From Pseudomonas phage PAE2: 35,826 nt of DNA. The DNA lies in sequence record OK041467.1. One strand, written 5' to 3'. A program made the position numbers and the translations under genes. The notes under the pieces are model-generated. The model searched no databases, was not told the DNA's origin, and saw only the letters and a list, made by a program, of their open reading frames with translations. Every line of letters starts with the position of its first letter. Position 1 is the stretch's first letter. Shown in pieces: positions 9,770 through 19,239 of the stretch.

Positions 9770-10680
9770 TGGGCAGCGTCAAGAAGATCGTAGGCAGTAT
9801 CACCGGCAGCACTGGAGCAGATGCCGCCAAGGATGCGGCAAATGCGCAAGCGGCAGCGGCTAACAATGCTGCTCGGCTCACTCAGCAGCAATTCGATCAG
9901 TTGCGCAAAGACCTCTCCCCATTCGTATCCCTGGGGACTGGTTCCCAGAACGCGCTATTGCAGGCCATGGGTTTCAACCCGACGTTCAATAAGGACAACC
10001 AGCTAACGGGACTAACGGTCAACCCGAAGGCAGCGCTCCAGCAGAAATTCAATTTCACCGGACAGGACCTGGAGAATACCCCAGGGTACCAATTTGCCCT
10101 GGACCAGGGCATGCGTGCCGTGCAGAACAGTGCTGCCGCTCGCGGCCTCGGGCTCTCTGGCGCTCAACTGAAGGGGGCTACGCAGTTCGCCACGGGCCTC
10201 GCTGACCAGACCTATGGCGATCAGTACAACCGTGCCCTGAGCACCTACAACACCAATTATCAGACCGCCGCGAACAACGTGAACAACCTCATGCAGCTTC
10301 TGAACATCGGCCAGTCGTCCGCTGCCCAGACCGGGGTTGCTGGCTTGAATGCTGCAAACACCGCAGGTGGATACCTGACCCAAGGCGCAAATGCCATCGC
10401 CTCCGGCAAGATCGGTGCAGCCAACGCATATGGAAACGCTTTGCAAAGTGGCATTGGCACTGGTCTTGGTCTGTACGCGTTGTTGTCCGACCGGAGGATG
10501 AAGGTCGACATCAAGCGTGTCGGGCAGACTGACTCTGGGCTCCCGATCTACACCTATCGATACAAGGGGCAGCCCACTGTGCACATGGGCGTCATGGCCC
10601 AGGAACTTCAGGCCGTCAAGCCGGAAGCTGTTGTTGAGCGCGATGGAATCCTGTTCGTGAACTATGCCGAGGTGGCGTAA
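9769..10680 (+). CDS. fibre/needle-like virion protein with C-terminal peptidase S74 intramolecular chaperone domain
   Basis: Gly/Ala/Asn/Gln-rich 240 aa followed by SDRRMKVDIKRV...YTYRYKG...GVMAQELQAVKPEAVV...VNY, matching the SD-R-R-L-K...YxYK...AQEL...PEAV signature of the endosialidase-type chaperone. Confidence 0.6.
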   Translation: MGSVKKIVGSITGSTGADAAKDAANAQAAAANNAARLTQQQFDQLRKDLSPFVSLGTGSQNALLQAMGFNPTFNKDNQLTGLTVNPKAALQQKFNFTGQDLENTPGYQFALDQGMRAVQNSAAARGLGLSGAQLKGATQFATGLADQTYGDQYNRALSTYNTNYQTAANNVNNLMQLLNIGQSSAAQTGVAGLNAANTAGGYLTQGANAIASGKIGAANAYGNALQSGIGTGLGLYALLSDRRMKVDIKRVGQTDSGLPIYTYRYKGQPTVHMGVMAQELQAVKPEAVVERDGILFVNYAEVA

Positions 10681-12155
10681 TGGCTATCGATCCGAGCATC
10701 CCGCTTCAGGCATCAGCCGGTGGCGCCCAGAACCCTCTTGCTATGCTCTCGGCTGCAATGCAGTTGCGCGGGGCAAACCTGAACCAGAGCGCTCTTAATC
10801 AGCAGATCCAGGCAAACCAGGCGGCCTCTGCGGCGTACCAGCAAGCGACCGATCCAGCTACGGGCCAGATCGATTACAACAAGCTGACCGCGCTGCTTGC
10901 GAACTCGCCTGCTGCCTACAACCTGCCGCAGATACAAGCGCAGATCGCGCAGCAGAAGAACGCTCAGCTTGAGAGCCAATCGAAGCAGTTCGAGCTTGCT
11001 CGCAAGCAGGTTAATTGGCTCAAGGGCGGCCTTGGATCGCTACTTAACAACCCTGGGGTTAGCGGGGCGGACGTGATGAAGCTTGCTGCTGGAGGGATCG
11101 CGCAAGGCTTCCTTACGCCAGAACAGGCCGCCGAAGAACTTCGCTCCATGCCTTCCGACCCCCAGCAATTGCAGGGATGGCTGCGCAACCTCTATGTGCA
11201 GTCGCTCGACAGTGATGCTCAGCTTCAGGCCATCCAGCCTCAATTCCAGACTATCGATACTGGCTCTGCAATTGGCCTGGTCAATACCAACCCGTTGGCG
11301 GGCGGCCAGCAAGTCGGCCAGGTCGCCGCATCGTTCCAGAAAGGGCTTTCGCCGGAGACCGCAACGACCCCCACCGAGATCTTCAACCCGCAAACTGGCG
11401 CTCCTGAGCTAGTTACCCGCGCCCAATTCGCCGGCATGGCAGGTGGTGCGCCGAGCGGTAGATATCCTGGAACTCCTGGGATCAATCCTATGGGCGGTGG
11501 CGTACAAGCTGCTCCAGGAATCGGCCAGACCGCAGGCGCTGAAGTTGCGGCGCGTGGAGCTGCGGAGCGCTTCAACAACCTTGCCACTGAGGCTGGCAAT
11601 GTGCGGAATACCGTTCAGGGATATGACGCAGCGTTGGGCGCGCTGGAGAATCTCGGTCGATCAGGACCTGCTGTCGACAAGACGATGCTGATCAGCTCTA
11701 CGCTTGAGAGCTTGGGGCTTCCGTCCGACAAGGACGCGAACGCGAACTGGCAATCTCTGAACAAGTACCTGCAAAACGCTGGGGCGAGTGCGGCGGCGCA
11801 GGCCGGCTATGGCGGCACGGACGCGGGTCGAGCCGTCTTTGGAGAGGGGCAGCCTTCAGCCAAATCGATGAATCCTGAAGCGCTTCGTGAGGCCATCCAG
11901 TATGTGAAGGCACAGAACCTTGGCGTCCTGGCAAAGCAAGGGGCCGCCCAGCGCTTCATCGACCAGAATGGCGGTGACTACACGAAGTACAGCCAGTTCG
12001 AAACCCGCTGGAACAAGACCTATAACCCCGACGCCATGTTCTACATGAGCCTGCCTCCTGAACAGCAAACGGGCTACATCAAAGGCCTGTCTGCGGATAA
12101 GCGCAAGAAGCTGGCGGAGAGCATCCAGAAAATGGACATGCTGGGGGCCTTCTAA
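10680..12155 (+). CDS. internal virion / ejection protein (Gln/Ala-rich)
   Basis: 491 aa; TAATG coupling; low-complexity Q/A/G-rich; in the position of P22 ejection proteins. Confidence 0.5.
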   Translation: MAIDPSIPLQASAGGAQNPLAMLSAAMQLRGANLNQSALNQQIQANQAASAAYQQATDPATGQIDYNKLTALLANSPAAYNLPQIQAQIAQQKNAQLESQSKQFELARKQVNWLKGGLGSLLNNPGVSGADVMKLAAGGIAQGFLTPEQAAEELRSMPSDPQQLQGWLRNLYVQSLDSDAQLQAIQPQFQTIDTGSAIGLVNTNPLAGGQQVGQVAASFQKGLSPETATTPTEIFNPQTGAPELVTRAQFAGMAGGAPSGRYPGTPGINPMGGGVQAAPGIGQTAGAEVAARGAAERFNNLATEAGNVRNTVQGYDAALGALENLGRSGPAVDKTMLISSTLESLGLPSDKDANANWQSLNKYLQNAGASAAAQAGYGGTDAGRAVFGEGQPSAKSMNPEALREAIQYVKAQNLGVLAKQGAAQRFIDQNGGDYTKYSQFETRWNKTYNPDAMFYMSLPPEQQTGYIKGLSADKRKKLAESIQKMDMLGAF

Positions 12156-14752
12156 TGGCGAACTACGATGCTTGGATCGAAGAGGCAAGTAGAGCGCATA
12201 ACGTAGACCCCGGCCTTGTTCGCTTGCTTATCGGGCAGGAGAGTCGTGGTGATCCAAATGCCGTCAGCCCGAAAGGGGCGAGGGGGCTGGGTCAACTGAT
12301 GCCGGCGACGGCGGCAGAACTTGGTGTTGATCCTACTGACCCGCGTCAGAATATCTTTGGCACTGCGCGCTACCTGTCCCAGCAACTGGACAGATTCGGG
12401 TCAGTGCCTCTTGCCCTGGCCGCCTATAACGCAGGCCCAGGGACGGTTGAGCGAGTTGGCGGAATCCCTGACTACCCCGAGACTCAGAACTACGTGAAGG
12501 ACATCATGGCCAAATACCAAGGTGCGCAGCCTGCGTACGAGCCTTCTAGCGCTTCTGTGTCTGAGGCCCTTGCGCGACTGAACGGAGCGCCGGAGGCTGC
12601 TCCTGGCGGCGAGGGGTACCAGCCCTCCAGCCAGGCCGTTGCCGATGCCCTGTCGATGCTGAGCGCGCCTGTAGATGAGAAGGCTAGCGAGCCTGTCGCA
12701 CAGGCTTCTCAAGAAAAGGGCCTGGGAGATCGACTCAAGGACCTGAATGCGGCCATCAACGCCCCTGCTGTCGGCTTCTTCCGTGGCGTGCGGGAGATTG
12801 CAGATGCGCCGAGCGAGTGGCTTGCGAAAGGTTCGGAAGCAGCCGGAATCACGGACGCCTTGAAATCTCTTGGCATCGATATGCTGACTGGTGAAGAGCA
12901 GTTGGCAGCAAACAAGGCGCGCCGAGCAGGCTATGCGAACGAAAGCGGGTCAGAGCTTGCCGGCCGCGTCCTTGGCAACATTGCTGGCGTAATGGTCCCT
13001 ATGGCCGGAGCAGAATCCGCTCTTGCTGGTGGTGGGAATGCTCTACTTGGGGCGCTGTCGAATTCGCCTAGAGCTGCATCGGCACTCCAGGGCGTCGGGA
13101 ACTTCCTGTCTGGTCAGGGAGGGGCGCTCTCCAAGGCGGCATATGGCGCAGCGCAGGGGGCCGGATCTGCCGCGCTTATGTCTGGTGCGAGCGACTCGCC
13201 TCTGGTGAACCAGGTGGGTGCGGGCGCTGCCATTGGCGCAGTAACCGGTCCAATCGTGTCAGCTCTGGCTAATCCTGTTTCCCGCCTTGTCTCAAGAGCG
13301 CGCGGCGCAGCGACTCCTAATTCTGCCATCCAGAACAACGCAGATGAGGTCATGGAGCGTGTGCGGGTGACTCTTGAGGGTGGCGGCACCGACTTGTCCC
13401 AGATCCCACAGGGCATCCTCCGAGGTGTCAGAACTCAGGTTGAGGATGCTTTGCGTGCTGGGCGCCAGATCGATCCTGCGGCTCTTGCCAGGCAGGCGGA
13501 GTTCGAGGCGCTGGGGATTCAGCCAACCCTTGGACAATTGACCCGGGATGCCGGGCAGTTCACCGCCGAACGAAATATGCGCGGTATCGCAGGCGCCGGA
13601 GAGCCTCTAGCCCAGCGATTTGCAGAGCAGAACAACCAGCTTATGCAGATTCTGGGGCGGATGGGTGGCGCCGATGCTGTTGAGGCCGATGCTGCCGGGA
13701 ACGCTCTGGTCAACCGCCTACAGGCCTTGGACATGCCCCGTCGTGAAGCTGTCAATCAGGCGTACCAATCTGCCCGGGATTCTGCCGGTCGCTATGCCAA
13801 TATCGACGTTCCTACGTTTAGCCAGGCTGCAAATCAGGCGCTCGACGAAAACATGTTGGGGCGCTGGTTGCCGGGGCAGGTGCGGGACATGCTGAACGAC
13901 ATCAGTAGCGGTCGCATTCCCCTCAACGTCAATACCGCTGTCCAGGTCGATAGCGTCATGAGCGAAGCGCAACGCGCTGCTACCCGAGCTGGTGACTCCG
14001 CTGCCGCACGTGCGGTAGGCGTGGTTCGCGATGCGCTACAGGCCGCGCCAGTGGAAGAGGGCGCAGGTGCCGCAGCAAGGGCGCAGTTCGATGCTGCCAG
14101 AGGGCTCGCCCGCGCTCGCTTTGCGGAGATTGAGGGTATTCCGGCTCTGCGCGCAGCACTGGATGACGCGCGCCCGGATACGTTCGTGAAGAACTACATC
14201 CTGAATGGCGATCCGCGCGGCGTTACCGCCCTGGGACGTTATATTGCAGAAGACCCAGCTGCTATGCAGACCGCCAGATCACAGATCGCATCGCATCTCC
14301 AGGAGAAGGCATTCGGGCGCAATACTGCCGGTGATGCAACGTTCCGCCAGGACGCATACAACAAAGCGCTCCAGCAGATCGGAACCAACAAGCTGTCGGC
14401 GTTCTTCTCTCCAGAAGAGGTTCAGCAGCTACGCCTTGTAGGGCGAGTTGGCGCGAATATCAACGCCCAGCCGGTCGGGTCGGCAGTTAACAACTCGAAC
14501 ACCGCCGCTGCTGCTATGAACCTGCTCTCTGAGATGGGCGGATTCAGCAGCTACCCGGGCATCAACGTGGTCAGGGAGAGTTTTAGAACCTTCTCGAACG
14601 AAAGGGCTGCGCGCAATGCGTTGCTACCGCGTCTTGAGAGGGTTCAGACAGATCCAGCAGATGCAAATGCTCTGATTCGTTTGCTCACCTCTGGAACAAA
14701 CTCCCGAATCACTTCCGAGCAACCGCCTCGGCAAAAACAGCAACGGCAATGA
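12155..14752 (+). CDS. ejection protein with N-terminal lytic transglycosylase (SLT) domain
   Basis: 865 aa; N-terminal LLIGQESRGDPNAVSPKGARGLGQLMP...AAYNAGPGTV is a canonical SLT motif with the catalytic Glu in QES; Ala/Gly-rich remainder. Confidence 0.75.
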   Translation: MANYDAWIEEASRAHNVDPGLVRLLIGQESRGDPNAVSPKGARGLGQLMPATAAELGVDPTDPRQNIFGTARYLSQQLDRFGSVPLALAAYNAGPGTVERVGGIPDYPETQNYVKDIMAKYQGAQPAYEPSSASVSEALARLNGAPEAAPGGEGYQPSSQAVADALSMLSAPVDEKASEPVAQASQEKGLGDRLKDLNAAINAPAVGFFRGVREIADAPSEWLAKGSEAAGITDALKSLGIDMLTGEEQLAANKARRAGYANESGSELAGRVLGNIAGVMVPMAGAESALAGGGNALLGALSNSPRAASALQGVGNFLSGQGGALSKAAYGAAQGAGSAALMSGASDSPLVNQVGAGAAIGAVTGPIVSALANPVSRLVSRARGAATPNSAIQNNADEVMERVRVTLEGGGTDLSQIPQGILRGVRTQVEDALRAGRQIDPAALARQAEFEALGIQPTLGQLTRDAGQFTAERNMRGIAGAGEPLAQRFAEQNNQLMQILGRMGGADAVEADAAGNALVNRLQALDMPRREAVNQAYQSARDSAGRYANIDVPTFSQAANQALDENMLGRWLPGQVRDMLNDISSGRIPLNVNTAVQVDSVMSEAQRAATRAGDSAAARAVGVVRDALQAAPVEEGAGAAARAQFDAARGLARARFAEIEGIPALRAALDDARPDTFVKNYILNGDPRGVTALGRYIAEDPAAMQTARSQIASHLQEKAFGRNTAGDATFRQDAYNKALQQIGTNKLSAFFSPEEVQQLRLVGRVGANINAQPVGSAVNNSNTAAAAMNLLSEMGGFSSYPGINVVRESFRTFSNERAARNALLPRLERVQTDPADANALIRLLTSGTNSRITSEQPPRQKQQRQ

Positions 14753-14863
14753 AGCTCCAGTAAATCCACGCATTAAGTTCCGTAAAGTCAAACAACGCAA
14801 ATAAAACATCTTGCGCAACCTGCGTGAGATAGCCCATCTATTGCCTCGAAAAAGGTATTCGCC

Positions 14864-16873
14864 ATGACCCAACTGTTGCCCAACGGCAAGCAGCATTTTG
14901 TCGACAACAACGGGCATCCGCTCGTCGGTGGTCGGGTCTATCACTACTACGTAGGAACCAACAACCCAAAAGACACGTATCAGGATAGCGGCCAGACGAT
15001 ACCGAATACAAACCCCGTCGTTTTGGACGGGCGGGGAGAGGCAGCAATCTATGGGACCGGTCCGTATCGACAAGTGCTCCAGACTGCAACTGGAGTGTTG
15101 GTTTGGGACCAGGTAATCCCGGACGGAAGCCAGTTGGCACAGGATGGGCTGGACCAATTCAAGATCGACCTGGCGAACAGCTCTGATGCCACTAAGGGCG
15201 CAGCGCTTGTTGGCTACAAGCGCACGCCGCTCAGTGCAAGTATCGCCACCGTAAAGCAGATGCTGGATTCTACCGCCGTAAGGGTATGGGAATTTGCATC
15301 GCTGGTAACGAGCAAGCCGAACCTTCTCGACCCCTCCACATGGGATTGGACCCCCGCCTTGCAGGCTATGGTCGACTCTGCACAAGGATATATCTCCGGG
15401 TCTGGTTCGAAACGTGTTACTTGCCTGATTGGTCCGGGCACCTTCCTTATAAAGTCAGTCGTTTGGAAGTCCGGTGTTCATGTATATTTCTGCGGAGCAG
15501 AGCTGAAGGCTCACCCAAGTTCAGTTGATGGACTATCCTTGATTGATGCCTCTGCAACCCTTTCAGATATAGGATTCTACGGACCTGGGTCAATCAATGG
15601 AGATAAAGACAGCTTCCCCGCAGAGCATAGACAGCTTGGGATTAACTGCGTTGCAAAAAACGTTAAGGTTCGCGACCTGCTCATAGAGAATATTGGCAGC
15701 AATGCTGTTTATTCTCTAGGCGACGGAGTTATTTTCCGGCCAACAATCCCTGCTGGAGATTTTCAATGCGAAGACTGTGAAGTTAGCGGTTGCACATTTA
15801 GAAACATTGAGCGTCAATGCGTGACAGTCGAATCAGGTTTCAGGATAAGAATTTTTGGGAACTGGTTCTTCGATAGCACCTATTCAGCTGTAGACGTTGA
15901 GAATGCAGGCTATACGATGGGGGATGTAGATGGCGTTTTGTTCTGGGACAACTACGTCGATAATTGTCTCTATGGGCTAACTGCTGTGACTTTTCAGCCT
16001 GTAGATGCTCAGCGCAAGATTGTTTGCGGTGGGAATATCTTCAAGAACGTGATGGATGCATACCAATTCCGTGGCTGCTCTAATGTAAAGGTGGGATATG
16101 GGGACAATGCTGAAGTAACACGCTATGGAGCCTATCTGTATTCTGACGGGTCGACAACGGTCGACAACATCGAGATCGAAAACTTTACAGTATCTGGCGG
16201 GCAATATGGAATTTTTGGCCAAACCACTTCAGGCGGAGCCATTACTAGGGTAAAAGTAACAAATCCTAAAATTACCGGCTCTACCACCTCGGCCATTACA
16301 TTCCAAGCCACATCAGGTCTCACCATAAATGGTGGAGACATTCTTGTTAACGTCCCGGCTGGTGTCGTTATTACAAATTGTGCAAATCCATCTATTACAG
16401 GATTGAAAGTTTCGAGCGCTGTAGCTGTTACTGGAACAGCTATAGTATTTAATGGCACGACAACCCTTCCAAGATTTGGAGGTATCGACATAACCAACTT
16501 TAGCGTTGGAATATCTGTCAACACTTCCTCCCCAACAACTGTCGTCTCTGGGAAAGGCGGTGATAACGTCTTCAATAGTGTCACCACACCATACTCTACA
16601 TCTGTTGGGAATTATTGGAGGGGCACATACCATGGAACCTTTACATTGGCTGCTGCTTCCCAGACCAACGTCCCTACAGTTTTCGCCAATGCGGCTTCTG
16701 CTGTTGAGTTCATGCCTACTAACCAGGCCGCAGCGACTCTTTCTGCGAGCACGAAACGGCCATGGTGCAATCCAGCGGGTGTCAGCAACAATGTCAGTAT
16801 CCGGGTAGCGACCACTGATGGAACGGCGGCGGCTGGGACAGAGACGTACGCATACCGTCTGACTAACCCATGA
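14864..16873 (+). CDS. tailspike with conserved N-terminal anchor domain and right-handed beta-helix (pectate-lyase-like) distal domain
   Basis: 669 aa; AAAGG RBS; C-terminal two thirds rich in the short Asn/Gly/Val/Thr repeats typical of a parallel beta-helix; last structural gene before attP; GC drops sharply after about 15450. Confidence 0.7.
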   Translation: MTQLLPNGKQHFVDNNGHPLVGGRVYHYYVGTNNPKDTYQDSGQTIPNTNPVVLDGRGEAAIYGTGPYRQVLQTATGVLVWDQVIPDGSQLAQDGLDQFKIDLANSSDATKGAALVGYKRTPLSASIATVKQMLDSTAVRVWEFASLVTSKPNLLDPSTWDWTPALQAMVDSAQGYISGSGSKRVTCLIGPGTFLIKSVVWKSGVHVYFCGAELKAHPSSVDGLSLIDASATLSDIGFYGPGSINGDKDSFPAEHRQLGINCVAKNVKVRDLLIENIGSNAVYSLGDGVIFRPTIPAGDFQCEDCEVSGCTFRNIERQCVTVESGFRIRIFGNWFFDSTYSAVDVENAGYTMGDVDGVLFWDNYVDNCLYGLTAVTFQPVDAQRKIVCGGNIFKNVMDAYQFRGCSNVKVGYGDNAEVTRYGAYLYSDGSTTVDNIEIENFTVSGGQYGIFGQTTSGGAITRVKVTNPKITGSTTSAITFQATSGLTINGGDILVNVPAGVVITNCANPSITGLKVSSAVAVTGTAIVFNGTTTLPRFGGIDITNFSVGISVNTSSPTTVVSGKGGDNVFNSVTTPYSTSVGNYWRGTYHGTFTLAAASQTNVPTVFANAASAVEFMPTNQAAATLSASTKRPWCNPAGVSNNVSIRVATTDGTAAAGTETYAYRLTNP

Positions 16874-16894
16874 TCTGAATGATTGAGGCCTGGA

Positions 16895-16912
16895 TGGGGG
16901 AATCCTGGGGGA
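16895..16912. repeat. 18-bp direct repeat TGGGGGAATCCTGGGGGA (copy 1), containing two GGGGGAAT 8-mers
   Basis: Exact 18-mer recurs at 17124-17141; additional inverted 8-mers ATTCCCCC at 17157-17164 and 17165-17172. Confidence 0.8.
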
Positions 16913-17041
16913 ATCAATCCCCCAAATGGCGATTTATGGTCATGGGGCAGTATGCGTGAATGGCGCGTGAATTCTGGTTCTCCTGGCTGCGGATGGCGCA
17001 GAATAGGGCCTGAAAACGGATTCGAAATCCGTTGAGTCAGC

Positions 17042-17078
17042 AATGGCTCCTAGGGTTCAAATCCCTATCTCTCCGCCA
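17042..17078 (+). other. attP core: 3'-terminal fragment of a tRNA gene (T-arm, acceptor 3' strand, discriminator G, CCA); likely a Ser-type tRNA
   Basis: TAGGG-TTCAAAT-CCCTA T-arm, TCTCTCC acceptor strand, then GCCA; the matching 5' acceptor GGAGAGA is not found upstream, so it is a fragment and not a gene; adjacent to the integrase. Confidence 0.6.
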
Positions 17079-17123
17079 TATACAAGGGCTCCAGAGGTTT
17101 TCGCTTCTGGGGCCCTTTTCCTT

Positions 17124-17141
17124 TGGGGGAATCCTGGGGGA
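17124..17141. repeat. 18-bp direct repeat TGGGGGAATCCTGGGGGA (copy 2)
   Basis: Identical to 16895-16912; flanks the tRNA-like attP core on the int side. Confidence 0.8.
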
Positions 17142-17156
17142 GTTGCTTCGCGTGAC

Positions 17157-17172
17157 ATTCCCCCATTCCCCC
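17157..17172. repeat. tandem inverted copies of the arm motif (ATTCCCCC x2)
   Basis: CATTCCCCCATTCCCCCA lies immediately upstream of the int start; it is the reverse complement of GGGGGAAT. Confidence 0.7.
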
Positions 17173-17187
17173 ACTAAAGTTCGCCGC

Positions 17188-18162
17188 ATGGCTTACTTCG
17201 AGAAACGCGGAAGCGCCTGGCGCGCACAGATCCGCAGAAAAGGACACCCAACTCTTTCCGCTACCTTCGATACCAAGGCTGAGGCCCAGCGCTGGGCAGC
17301 CGAGATCGAAGGCGATATGTCGCGCTCGAGATTTGTCGATACCAGAGCGGCTATGCGAACCACCCTAGGCAAGGCCTTGGAGCAATACGAAAGGGAGATT
17401 TCTGAGCACAAGAAGGGGGCCAGCCAGGAAAGGGGTCGAATCAGGAGATGGCTGGCGCATCCCCTGGCAGCGAAAGGGCTTGGAGAAATCACTCCGTCTG
17501 ATCTTGCTGAGTATCGTGACTCTCGGCTGAAGGATGGCGCCTCATCATCTACCGTTCGGCTAGATCTGGCGATCATCAGCCACCTCTATACCATTGCGGC
17601 AAAGGAGTGGAGGCTTGAAGGACTGACGAATCCCTGCAAGAACCTGCGTATGCCAAAAGGGAGTAGGGCGCGTGAGCGACGACCAACAACCCTGGAACTG
17701 CGGAAGATTTATGCTGAAGCGGCCAAGCTTCACCCTGAACTCCCGGTGATTATCGAACTGGCAGCCGACACAGCCATGCGCCGGTCTGAGCTTCTGCTGT
17801 TACGCCGAGAGCAGATCCGCGACAAGGTTGCGGTACTGGAGGACACGAAGAACGGTGAGCGTCGTATGGTGCCGCTCTCGAGCAGGGCTCGCGAGTTGCT
17901 GAAGTCCCTGCCTGCGCGAATCGACGGCAAGGTGTTCAGCCTTGCGCCAAACACAGTCAGCAACTACTTCCCCAAGGCTTGCGAGGCCGCCGGCGTCAGC
18001 GGCCTTACCTTCCACGACCTGCGCCATGAGGCCACATCTCGGCTGTTCGAACGCGGCTTTTCCATGATGGAGGTCGCCGCGATCACCGGGCACAAGACAC
18101 TGGCCATGCTCAAACGCTACACGCATCTTTCTCCTCACGCTTTGGCCGACAAGCTCGGCTAG
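17188..18162 (+). CDS. int: tyrosine integrase
   Basis: N-terminal MAYFEKRGSAWRAQIRRKG typical of phage integrases; catalytic residues R (AADTAMRRSEL), K (DTKNGERRMVPL), HDLRH and the Tyr in KRYTHL; the upstream in-frame extension from 17032 would run through attP and is rejected. Confidence 0.9.
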   Translation: MAYFEKRGSAWRAQIRRKGHPTLSATFDTKAEAQRWAAEIEGDMSRSRFVDTRAAMRTTLGKALEQYEREISEHKKGASQERGRIRRWLAHPLAAKGLGEITPSDLAEYRDSRLKDGASSSTVRLDLAIISHLYTIAAKEWRLEGLTNPCKNLRMPKGSRARERRPTTLELRKIYAEAAKLHPELPVIIELAADTAMRRSELLLLRREQIRDKVAVLEDTKNGERRMVPLSSRARELLKSLPARIDGKVFSLAPNTVSNYFPKACEAAGVSGLTFHDLRHEATSRLFERGFSMMEVAAITGHKTLAMLKRYTHLSPHALADKLG

Positions 18163-18404
18163 GCCCTCTTCAGCAGGCGCGGCGGTTCTTTCCGTGGCCT
18201 GCCCACCTTCGGAGCATTGTGCTCTCCCGCCTCGTACTCACGCAGGAACTTGCGCACTGTTTCCAGTCTCCAGCATACCCTGATCCCCTGCTTGAAGTAC
18301 GGCGGCAGCCAGTCAGGGCTCGCCTGGATTGCGCTGCGGATTGATGATTCAGTTCGCCCGAGCAGCTTGGCAAGCTCTGGCACATGGATGATTTCAGGTT
18401 CCAT
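18159..18404 (-). CDS. xis: excisionase / AlpA-family DNA-binding protein
   Basis: 81 aa from ATG 18404 (GGAGAGG RBS; a TTG at 18410 is also in frame); small basic winged-helix-like protein convergent with int; its stop overlaps the int stop (CTAG). Confidence 0.6.
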   Translation of the reverse strand: MEPEIIHVPELAKLLGRTESSIRSAIQASPDWLPPYFKQGIRVCWRLETVRKFLREYEAGEHNAPKVGRPRKEPPRLLKRA

Positions 18405-18462
18405 AAGCAATACCTCTCCACCCCAGCTATTGCCGGGGAGGGCATGATGGTAGGATTTGGAT

Positions 18463-18506
18463 CCCAGCCGGGTTAGCTCAGGGAGAGCTAGTGGCGCCCG
18501 GCTGGG
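18463..18506 (-). other. nested inverted-repeat RNA structure between the DUF2591-like gene and xis
   Basis: CCCAGCCGGG pairs with CCCGGCTGGG (10 bp) and encloses TAGCTC-AGGGA-GAGCTA; no U-tract on either strand; starts directly at the stop of the upstream gene. Confidence 0.35.
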
Positions 18507-18872
18507 CTACTTGATGAGTTCTGCGGGGACGTTGATGGTTTCGCCTAGCTTGGCTGTAACGATGGCTCGGCATGCGGCGATTAGTAGTGTTCTTCCATAA
18601 GCTTCCGCATACGGCCTCCATGTTTGCGCAATACATCCTGCATCGGCGCGCTTCTCTGTATCCGCTGCATAGTGTGTGCGAACCATATGCTTCTCGATCA
18701 GCGGGCCGCCCTGACTCCAATCACTGGACGGTGCGTACAATGCGTTATGGAGAGCAACCATTCTCCAGCCCGGGATGACATTAAGACCTTCCTCGTTCTC
18801 GGCAAAGGCTACCGCCCAATTAAGCGCCGCCCCCTCAAGTTCGCAGGTCTTCACTTCTACGGTTTCGCTCAT
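18507..18872 (-). CDS. hypothetical protein (DUF2591-like N-terminus)
   Basis: 121 aa; MSETVEVKTCELEGAALNWAVAFA resembles the DUF2591 N-terminal pattern ELSG.ALDWAVAKA; ATGA-coupled to the upstream small ORF. Confidence 0.55.
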   Translation of the reverse strand: MSETVEVKTCELEGAALNWAVAFAENEEGLNVIPGWRMVALHNALYAPSSDWSQGGPLIEKHMVRTHYAADTEKRADAGCIAQTWRPYAEAYGRTLLIAACRAIVTAKLGETINVPAELIK

Positions 18873-19009
18873 GGCTTCATACTCATAATTATTAGCCCCT
18901 CAGCCAATACAATTCCAAGGCAGGCAAAGAACCTCACCATGTGCCCTTGTGGGAAAATCAACCCAAATGCAAACCCTAGAGCGATAAGTCCAATCTGCGA
19001 GTAGCTCAC
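18869..19009 (-). CDS. small hydrophobic 2-TM peptide (46 aa)
   Basis: Hand-translated VSYSQIGLIALGFAFGLIFPQGHMVRFFACLGIVLAEGLIIMSMKP; GTG start overlaps the upstream stop (GTGA) and its TGA overlaps the next ATG (ATGA); local GC about 45%; below the ORF-track size cutoff. Confidence 0.35.
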   Translation of the reverse strand: MSYSQIGLIALGFAFGLIFPQGHMVRFFACLGIVLAEGLIIMSMKP

Positions 19010-19239
19010 TCCCCACCTCCCGCCTTCCTAGCCTTTAGCATGGCGTCGGCAACCTGATAGGCCTGCTCTGCAACGTGGTCGCAGGTGCCATTTGTTGCAG
19101 GATGACGATCAGTGACCCCATAGGTCGAAATCCAAGCCTGCATCGCCTTGGCTGCGAAGTAGTCGCGCAGGGTCATTCCAGCTTCGGACGTGTACATCGA
19201 TTCTGACGGAAACGCTTGTCCACCGTGATCTTTCTTCAT
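19006..19239 (-). CDS. hypothetical protein
   Basis: 77-aa ORF in the coupled early-left operon. Confidence 0.5.
   Translation of the reverse strand: MKKDHGGQAFPSESMYTSEAGMTLRDYFAAKAMQAWISTYGVTDRHPATNGTCDHVAEQAYQVADAMLKARKAGGGE

Noticed and set aside
17032-17187. N-terminal extension of the integrase ORF from an ATG at 17032
   Set aside because: It would read through the attP core and arm repeats. The conserved integrase N-terminus MAYFEKRG begins at 17188.
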